DNA of 50,533 bases, from contig CAZQRO010000001.1 of assembly GCA_964595785.1 (NCBI GenBank), positions 1 through 50,533 of the forward strand. Direction: 5' to 3'. The first letter of the stretch is position 1. Each line of letters begins with the position of its first letter. This DNA comes from an uncultured Eubacterium sp. GTDB lineage: Bacteria > Bacillota > Clostridia > Lachnospirales > Lachnospiraceae. Positions 43,724 to 50,533 of the stretch are shown in pieces. A program made the translations under genes and the position numbers. Below the pieces are notes generated by a model. That model made no database searches, was not told the origin of the DNA, and saw only the letters and a program-made list of their open reading frames with translations.

Positions 43724-43751
43724 CGTAACATGTTGTAACATATTTGTAACA
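43724..43751 (+). promoter_or_regulatory. WalR-box-like direct repeats
   Basis: TGTAAC-ATATT-TGTAAC (43734-43750) matches TGTWAH-N5-TGTWAH. An extra CGTAAC lies at 43724. Confidence 0.6.
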
Positions 43752-43786
43752 ATTATGAATAAAAAACGTAATTATTGGAGGTTTTC

Positions 43787-45007
43787 ATGAGACTAAGAAG
43801 TAGAATGACAGCAATTGCCACATCGGCAGCAGCAATGGCCTTATCAGGAATGCTTGTTGTTGGAGCAGCAGAGTTAGTTACTACAACGAAAAACATTGAA
43901 AATAGTAAATCAATTGAAGAAGCAGATACTACAGACATATTAATGAATGATATTGCAGAAGTATCCCATGCAGACAAGGATATAGTCAGGGCAGTTGAAC
44001 CGGAGACAGAGACAAAATCAGAATCTGAAACGGTTGAAGAAGAAACAACATCATCATATACAGGAAAATTTATGGTAAATGTAGATGAATATCTTAATAT
44101 TAGAGCAGCGTCAGATGAGAATGCAGAAGTTGTTGGAAAATTGTATGCCGGTGCAGGTGGAACTGTTATAGAAAAAGGAGCAGAATGGACTAAAATCAGT
44201 TCAGGAAGCGTAGAAGGATATGCAGCTACACAATACTTGCTATTTGACGGAGATGCAGAGGCTAAGGCGAAAGAGGTTGGAAAGTTACAGGTTACCATAT
44301 TAGAGGATTCCATAAGAGTAAGAAAATTACCTAGTACAGAAGCCGGCGTATGGGGACTTGTTGAAAAAGATGCAGTCTATACCACAACTAATGCAGCAGA
44401 TGGCTGGGCAGAGATTAATTATGATGGTGAGACAGGATATGTGTCAACAGATTATGCCAGAGTTGAACTTGTGATTGGTCAGGCAATTTCAACAGCAGAG
44501 GAACAGGAACAGATAAGATTAGCAGAAGAGAGAAAAGCGGCAGCGGCTGAAAAAGCAAGAAAGAAAGAAGCGGCAGCTAAGGCAGAAGAACAGAAGATAG
44601 CAACAGAAAGTAAATTTGTTGAAACGGTTAAGACATCAGCATATAATGTTTCAGAGGAAGATGTTTATCTGCTTGCAAGTCTTGTATGTGCAGAAGCAGG
44701 TTATGAACCTTACGAAGGAAAACTTGCAGTTGCAAATGTTGTTTTAAACAGATTAAATGGTGGTTCGTATGGAAGTACTATGTCGTCTGTTATATATGCA
44801 TCAGGTCAGTTTAGTGTGGCGGCAAGTGGAAGACTTGCATCAGTTATGGCTTCAGGACCAAATGCGGAATCAATAGCAGCAGCAAAAGATGCTTTAGCAG
44901 GAAATAATAATGTTCCTAATTATCCAAACTTCCGTTCATGCGGAGTTGCTAACTATAGTGATTATAATAATTATTCAATTATTGGAAATCAGGTATTTTT
45001 TAACTGA
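43787..45007 (+). CDS. Secreted SH3-domain cell wall hydrolase (SleB/Hydrolase_2-like C-terminus)
   Basis: Signal peptide, two SH3b-like repeats (LNIRAAS..W.KISSG..EGY; IRVRKLPS..W.EINY.GETGYV), coiled coil, then LASLVCAEAG.EPYEGKLAVANVVLNR...GQF...IGNQVF. Confidence 0.88.
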   Translation: MRLRSRMTAIATSAAAMALSGMLVVGAAELVTTTKNIENSKSIEEADTTDILMNDIAEVSHADKDIVRAVEPETETKSESETVEEETTSSYTGKFMVNVDEYLNIRAASDENAEVVGKLYAGAGGTVIEKGAEWTKISSGSVEGYAATQYLLFDGDAEAKAKEVGKLQVTILEDSIRVRKLPSTEAGVWGLVEKDAVYTTTNAADGWAEINYDGETGYVSTDYARVELVIGQAISTAEEQEQIRLAEERKAAAAEKARKKEAAAKAEEQKIATESKFVETVKTSAYNVSEEDVYLLASLVCAEAGYEPYEGKLAVANVVLNRLNGGSYGSTMSSVIYASGQFSVAASGRLASVMASGPNAESIAAAKDALAGNNNVPNYPNFRSCGVANYSDYNNYSIIGNQVFFN

Positions 45008-45054
45008 AATAATTAAGGAATCAAAAGGTATTTCTTTAGATATATAAATAAATT

Positions 45055-45086
45055 TTAAAAGTGTCCACGATGGCGGACACTTTTAA
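45055..45086 (+). terminator. Intrinsic terminator
   Basis: TTAAAAGTGTCC / GGACACTTTTAA. Confidence 0.75.
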
Positions 45087-45209
45087 TGTGCAGATATATA
45101 TACTTTAAGAAAGTGAATTTATATATATTTTGCCTTGTAAAATCACGATAGATAGATTATTATTATTAATAACTAGTGAATGTATATCATATTCGGAATG
45201 GAGGTTAAT

Positions 45210-45638
45210 ATGGATTCAATATACTGGCTCATTATTTTTTTAGTATTGCTTGTAATTGAAATAATTACACTGGGGCTTACAACTATTTGGTTTGCGATTG
45301 GTGCAATTGCAGCATTTATTGCATCATTATTTGGCGCAGGACTAATAGTACAGATTGTTTTGTTCATAGTGATATCAATTATAACGTTGCTGCTTACAAG
45401 ACCATTAGCAGTGAAGTATTTGGGAAAGAATACGATTAAAACAAATGTAGAAGAAATAATAGGTAAAACAGCTGTTGTCACAAAAACGATTATTGATTCA
45501 AACAGTGCCGGTGAGGCAAAACTCAATGGAGAAATATGGATGGCTAAGTCTGAAAATGGAGAACGTATTGAAGAAGATACAGCAGTAGAAATCGTAGCAG
45601 TGAATGGTGTTAAATTGATTGTAAAAAAATCAATATAG
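45210..45638 (+). CDS. NfeD family protein
   Basis: Hydrophobic N-terminus, then OB-fold GEAKLNGEIWMA...GVKLIV. Lies upstream of an SPFH gene. Confidence 0.9.
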   Translation: MDSIYWLIIFLVLLVIEIITLGLTTIWFAIGAIAAFIASLFGAGLIVQIVLFIVISIITLLLTRPLAVKYLGKNTIKTNVEEIIGKTAVVTKTIIDSNSAGEAKLNGEIWMAKSENGERIEEDTAVEIVAVNGVKLIVKKSI

Positions 45639-45664
45639 CAAATAAATAATATGGAGGAAAGAAA

Positions 45665-46615
45665 ATGAATTCAGTAATTTTAGCATCAGGTGAAGTAGGA
45701 ATTTTTGCAGCGGTTATTATAGTAGTGGTAGTATTGGCATTGCTTGCTTCATGTATCAAGATTGTTCCACAGACACAGGCTTTTGTAATTGAAAGACTTG
45801 GTGGTTACAAATGTACATGGTCAGTTGGTTTACATTTTAAGCTGCCAATAATTGACTCGGTTGCAAGAAAAGTGATTTTAAAGGAACAGGTAGTAGATTT
45901 TGCACCACAGCCGGTTATTACAAAAGATAACGTAACAATGAGAATTGATACAGTTGTTTTCTATCAGATAACAGATCCGAAATTCTTTGCATATGGTGTA
46001 GAGAATCCGATAATGGCTATTGAAAATCTTACTGCAACAACACTTAGAAATATCATTGGTGATTTAGAACTTGACCAGACACTTACATCCAGAGAAACAA
46101 TTAACGATAAGATGAGAGTATCGCTTGATGTGGCAACAGACCCTTGGGGTATCAAGGTTAAGAGAGTAGAGCTTAAGAACATCATTCCTCCGGCAGCTAT
46201 TCAGGATGCAATGGAGAAACAGATGAAGGCAGAGCGTGAAAGACGTGAGGCTATTCTTAAGGCAGAGGGTGAGAAAACTTCTACAATTCTTGTTGCTGAA
46301 GGTAAGAAATCAGAAGTTATCCTTGCAGCAGAAGCTGAAAAGGAAGCAGCAATTCTTAGAGCAGAAGCTAAGAAAGAGGCAACTATTCGTGAGGCAGAAG
46401 GTCAGGCAGAAGCAATTAAAGCAGTTCAGAATGCTAATGCAGATGGTATCAGAGCAATTAAGGAAGCCGGAGCAGACGCATCAGTATTACAGATAAAGAG
46501 CTTAGAAGCATTTGCTAAGGCAGCAGATGGAAAAGCAACTAAGATTATTATTCCATCAGAGATTCAGGGCTTAGCAGGAAGCATAAAGGCAATTACAGAA
46601 GTTATAAAAGATTAA
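45665..46615 (+). CDS. SPFH/stomatin-like (QmcA-type) protein
   Basis: IVPQ..AFVIERLG, VITKDNV, TTLRNIIG, WGIKV.RVE, AMEKQMKAERERR. Confidence 0.93.
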   Translation: MNSVILASGEVGIFAAVIIVVVVLALLASCIKIVPQTQAFVIERLGGYKCTWSVGLHFKLPIIDSVARKVILKEQVVDFAPQPVITKDNVTMRIDTVVFYQITDPKFFAYGVENPIMAIENLTATTLRNIIGDLELDQTLTSRETINDKMRVSLDVATDPWGIKVKRVELKNIIPPAAIQDAMEKQMKAERERREAILKAEGEKTSTILVAEGKKSEVILAAEAEKEAAILRAEAKKEATIREAEGQAEAIKAVQNANADGIRAIKEAGADASVLQIKSLEAFAKAADGKATKIIIPSEIQGLAGSIKAITEVIKD

Positions 46616-46685
46616 TAGACATAGAATAGTTAAGTTATAAGGCAATTTAAACGAGATGCTATTAGAAGTAAAAACTATTAAAAAA

Positions 46686-46732
46686 CAGATGGCGGGATTT
46701 AATTCTAAAAAAGAATTAAGTCTTGCCATTTG
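46686..46732 (+). terminator. Stem-loop, probable terminator
   Basis: CAGATGGCGGGATTTAATTCT / AGAATTAAGTCTTGCCATTTG, with G-U pairs on the + strand. Confidence 0.6.
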
Positions 46733-46864
46733 ACTTATTGGTAAAAATTAAGTATTATATAATAAATTTGTAAAGGTTCATAACCACATGGATTTAATGG
46801 TATATGGACTAAATATGTCTGTAATCTGAAACGTGTGGATTGCTGGCAGAAATGGAGGATTATC

Positions 46865-47872
46865 ATGAAAAAAATTGATTTAACAGGTAGGAATTTTCTT
46901 ACATTACGTGATTTCACAAGGGAAGAGATAGAATATTTGATTGATTTATCAGCAGACTTGAAGGAGAAAAAGAAAAAAGGAATTCGTGTAGATAATTACA
47001 GGGGGCAGAATGTAGCACTTATCTTTGAAAAGACAAGTACACGTACAAGGTGTTCATTTGAAGTGGCAGCTCATGACCTTGGTATGGGAACAACATATTT
47101 AGACCCAGCGGGCTCACAGATTGGTAAGAAAGAAAGTATCGCTGATACAGCCAGAGTACTAGGCCGTATGTTTGATGGTATTGAATATAGAGGATTTGGA
47201 CAGGATATAGTTGAAGAACTTGCTGAATATGCAGGTGTCCCTGTATGGAATGGACTTACGAACGAATATCACCCTACACAGATGATAGCTGACATGCTTA
47301 CAATCAGAGAAAAATTCGGTAAACTTGAAGGTCTTAAGTTTGTTTATATGGGTGATGCAAGATATAACATGGGTAATTCACTTATGATAGCATGTGCAAA
47401 ACTTGGTATGAATTTTGTTGCATGTACATCAAAAGAGTATTTCCCTAATGCACAGCTTGTTGCAATTTGCAAAGAGTATGCGGCAGAGTCCGGAGGAAGT
47501 ATTGTTCTTACGGAAAATGCCGGTGATGGAACGAAAGATGCGGATGTCATTTATACAGACGTATGGGTATCTATGGGAGAACCGGATGCGGTATGGGAAG
47601 AGAGAATTAATGCATTAATGCCATATCAGGTAAATAGAAATGCTATGGCAAATGCAAAGGATACAGCTATTTTTATGCATTGCCTTCCTGCCTTTCATGA
47701 TTTGAAGACTAAGATAGGTAAAGAAATAAATGAGAAATTTGGGATTTCAGAGATGGAAGTTACAGATGAGGTATTTGAATCTCCTCAGTCGGTTGTTTTT
47801 GACGAGGCAGAGAACAGAATGCACTCAATTAAGGCAATTATGGCGGCAACTCTTAAACCAAGTACATATTAG
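46865..47872 (+). CDS. argF: Ornithine carbamoyltransferase
   Basis: [40 protein letters not shown] before ATG 46865. Confidence 0.95.
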   Translation: MKKIDLTGRNFLTLRDFTREEIEYLIDLSADLKEKKKKGIRVDNYRGQNVALIFEKTSTRTRCSFEVAAHDLGMGTTYLDPAGSQIGKKESIADTARVLGRMFDGIEYRGFGQDIVEELAEYAGVPVWNGLTNEYHPTQMIADMLTIREKFGKLEGLKFVYMGDARYNMGNSLMIACAKLGMNFVACTSKEYFPNAQLVAICKEYAAESGGSIVLTENAGDGTKDADVIYTDVWVSMGEPDAVWEERINALMPYQVNRNAMANAKDTAIFMHCLPAFHDLKTKIGKEINEKFGISEMEVTDEVFESPQSVVFDEAENRMHSIKAIMAATLKPSTY

Positions 47873-47917
47873 GTCTGGAGTATACCGGACATACTTTGGA
47901 ATGGAGGTAGAATATTA

Positions 47918-48226
47918 ATGTCATTTCTTAGAAAAGATTATTCTAAAAGTGATAGACGAAGACGAAGTCTTAATTCTTCGGGAATATATGACACAATCAA
48001 TATAATTCTTGGATTAGGTGTTATTATTACTGCAGTGGTTATATTTATAGATAAAGTCAAATATGATAAAGTATTTACAATAGTTTTTTTGCTTGCAGCA
48101 ATAATGAATATATGTATGGGAATTAAATATTATCATAGAAGAGAAATAGTTAAAATGATAGCACTATTTTGTGCGGGTATATTTTTGCTGATAATGATGA
48201 TAATCAGTTTTATAGCGTTATGGTAA
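47918..48226 (+). CDS. Small three-TM membrane protein
   Basis: SD GGAGG, basic N-terminus, three hydrophobic segments. Confidence 0.7.
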   Translation: MSFLRKDYSKSDRRRRSLNSSGIYDTINIILGLGVIITAVVIFIDKVKYDKVFTIVFLLAAIMNICMGIKYYHRREIVKMIALFCAGIFLLIMMIISFIALW

Positions 48227-48302
48227 TAGCAGAAAAGATATGCGACGAAATATAGCACTAGGAAATTAAAGACAGAATTTATATTTTGTGGAAATGAGGA
48301 TA

Positions 48303-48632
48303 ATGATGGAAGAAAGTACTGTGCTTTGTGGAGCAAACTCATATGAACAGAAATATTATTTGAATCCTGATTTTGATAATCTTCCTGACAGAGTCAAGGC
48401 TGAACTTCAGATAATGTGTGTTTTATTTACGGAGGATATTGGTGGAATCATTACACTGGAGTTTACAGAGGATGGAACATTGGAATTCAAGGTGATATGT
48501 GATGAGTATGATGTAACATTTGATGATATAGGCTGTGGTCTTAAAATAAAACAGTTACAGACAGAGAAGAGAGAATTGTTAGAATCATTAGAGACGTTTT
48601 ATAAAATATTTGTGCTGGGTGAATGTGAATAG
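48303..48632 (+). CDS. DUF6145-like protein
   Basis: VLCGANSYEQKYYLNPDF..LP, ELQIMCVLFTEDIGG. Confidence 0.7.
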   Translation: MMEESTVLCGANSYEQKYYLNPDFDNLPDRVKAELQIMCVLFTEDIGGIITLEFTEDGTLEFKVICDEYDVTFDDIGCGLKIKQLQTEKRELLESLETFYKIFVLGECE

Positions 48633-48677
48633 ATACCATACATTTGATACAGTATAGAAGAAAGGACAGGTATATTT

Positions 48678-49484
48678 ATGTTATTAGTTGTGGATATTGG
48701 TAATACAAATATAACCCTTGGAGTATTTAAGGAAGAAGAAATAGTTACAACTTTTAGAATTACAACAAAGATACAGAGGACTTCTGATGAATTTGGAATG
48801 CTGATTACTAATTTGTTAAGCAGCAGAAAGATTTCAACGGAACAAATAGAAGATGTGATTATTTCATCTGTTGTGCCGGATGTAATGCATTCTTTTGAAA
48901 ATGCAGTTGTTAAATATCTTGAGATAAAGCCAATCGTGGTTGGACCGGGAATTAAGACAGGAATTAAGATGGTTACGGGAAATGCCCATGAAATCGGTGC
49001 AGACAGAATTGTAGATGCAGTAGCTGCTTATGAAATGTATGGAGGACCGATAATTGTCATAGACTTTGGTACGGCCACAACTTATGATTATATTACGGAA
49101 GACGGTGCATTTGCAGCAGGAATCACATCACCTGGCATTAAAATATGTGCAAAGGCTTTATGGGAAGATGCAGCTAAACTTCCGTCTATTGAGATTAAGA
49201 AACCTGATTCCATACTTGCTAAAGATACAATTTCCAGTATGCAGGCAGGTCTTGTATATGGACATATTGGCCAGACTGAATATATTATTAATAAGATTAA
49301 GGAAGAAACAGGTGATGATACAATTCAGGTGGTGGCTACAGGTGGATTAGGTAAGATTATCTCAGATGCTACAGACAAAATAGATATATATGACAGAACT
49401 CTTACACTGAATGGTCTTAGTCTTATCTATAATAAGGTCAAAGGTCAGAGTAAGGACAAGAGAGCGAAAGATATTTCGGTGTAG
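48678..49484 (+). CDS. coaX: Type III pantothenate kinase
   Basis: DIGNTN, SSVVP, IGADR, DFGTATT, ATGG. Confidence 0.96.
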   Translation: MLLVVDIGNTNITLGVFKEEEIVTTFRITTKIQRTSDEFGMLITNLLSSRKISTEQIEDVIISSVVPDVMHSFENAVVKYLEIKPIVVGPGIKTGIKMVTGNAHEIGADRIVDAVAAYEMYGGPIIVIDFGTATTYDYITEDGAFAAGITSPGIKICAKALWEDAAKLPSIEIKKPDSILAKDTISSMQAGLVYGHIGQTEYIINKIKEETGDDTIQVVATGGLGKIISDATDKIDIYDRTLTLNGLSLIYNKVKGQSKDKRAKDISV

Positions 49485-49488
49485 GAAT

Positions 49489-50451
49489 ATGAAGATTGGA
49501 AATATAGAAATAAAAAACAGTATTGCACTGGCTCCAATGGCAGGAGTTACAGACCTTCCGTTTAGAATATTATGCAAGGAAATGGGCTGTGGTCTGCTAT
49601 ATACGGAAATGGTGAGTGCCAAGGCAATTTTGTATAAGAATAAAAATACGGAGCCGTTGTTAGAAACGAATGGGGAAGAGAATCCCATAGCAGTTCAGAT
49701 ATTTGGGTCGGATCCTGATATAATGGGAGACATGGCAAAAAAATTATGCGAGGAACGTACATTTGATATTATTGATGTGAATATGGGCTGTCCTGTTCCT
49801 AAGATTGTAAATAATCATGAAGGCAGTGCATTGATGAAAAATCCGGAATTGGTAGAAAAGATTTTAAACAATATTGTATCAAAAGTTGACAGACCGGTCA
49901 CAGTAAAAATCCGCAAAGGGTTTGATGAAAAGAATGTTAATGCGGTAGAGATTGCAAAGATTGCAGAAGGTTGTGGAATATCTGCAATAGCAGTTCACGG
50001 AAGAACAAGAGAACAGTATTATTCAGGCAGTGCAGACTATTCAGTAATTGCAGATGTTAAGAATAATGTAAATATTCCTGTCATAGGAAATGGTGACATA
50101 AGAGGGATAGATGATGCAAAATGCATTTATGAGGAAACAGGCTGTGACGGAATAATGATTGGCAGAGCTGCCAGAGGTAATCCATGGATATTCAGAGATA
50201 TTTCGGATTATATGAATAAAGGCATATTACACGATACACCGGATATGTCAGAAGTAAAGGATATGATACTGCGGCATGCAAAACTTCTTATTAAATATAA
50301 AGGGGAGTATACAGGTATACGTGAAATGCGTAAACATGTGGCATGGTATACTACCGGAATGCCACATTCAGCAGTTATCAGAAATATGGTGAACCAGACA
50401 GAAAGTTATGAACAGCTGGTGGATTTGATTAATACCCAGTTAAAATATTAA
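49489..50451 (+). CDS. dusB: tRNA-dihydrouridine synthase B
   Basis: LAPMAGVTD, TEMVS, DVNMGCP, TVKIR, VHGRTR, GNGDI, GRAA.GNPW. coaX-dusB synteny. Confidence 0.95.
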   Translation: MKIGNIEIKNSIALAPMAGVTDLPFRILCKEMGCGLLYTEMVSAKAILYKNKNTEPLLETNGEENPIAVQIFGSDPDIMGDMAKKLCEERTFDIIDVNMGCPVPKIVNNHEGSALMKNPELVEKILNNIVSKVDRPVTVKIRKGFDEKNVNAVEIAKIAEGCGISAIAVHGRTREQYYSGSADYSVIADVKNNVNIPVIGNGDIRGIDDAKCIYEETGCDGIMIGRAARGNPWIFRDISDYMNKGILHDTPDMSEVKDMILRHAKLLIKYKGEYTGIREMRKHVAWYTTGMPHSAVIRNMVNQTESYEQLVDLINTQLKY

Positions 50452-50533
50452 TTTGTGATTGATGGGTCATTAATGTGGATGTTACAGTTCAGCCTTTGAG
50501 TTATTTATTCAATGCAGACTCCAGTATAACTGT

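Overview
AT-rich Firmicute chromosome segment with almost all genes on the + strand. Gene content and style suggest Clostridia, probably Lachnospiraceae; this is an inference, not a database result. Most of the window is housekeeping: serA (5' partial), DUF1015, a Fur/Zur regulator with a ZnuACB-type metal ABC transporter, an ABC-F ATPase, a PflX-like radical SAM protein, two M18 aminopeptidases, lepA, hemW, guaB, a GH31 glycosidase, a Gre factor, glnS, a MocR regulator, ogg, CIRCE-groES-groEL, dnaE-pfkA, TrmH, an SH3/SleB-type cell wall hydrolase, NfeD-SPFH, argF, coaX and dusB. Three genes are broken: an Rpn/PD-(D/E)XK-like gene, a roughly 1100-aa TPR-GGDEF diguanylate cyclase, and a TerB-like/SpoVK AAA ATPase joined to a membrane-gene remnant. 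No rRNA, tRNA, CRISPR array or intact transposase/integrase was seen. The most unusual signal is non-coding. (i) Two dispersed copies of a ~135-nt three-hairpin element (9725-9857, 18699-18834) sit directly on ribosome-binding sites. They show compensatory stem changes, a covarying loop-to-3' pairing (CGAAG/CTTCG vs CGGAG/CTCCG) and SD-containing direct repeats on both sides. (ii) A ~260-nt nested inverted-repeat element follows lepA. (iii) A tandemly duplicated multi-hairpin module follows groEL. All three carry CG(A/G)AG-type loops. All family assignments come from recognising motifs by eye; no searches were run.
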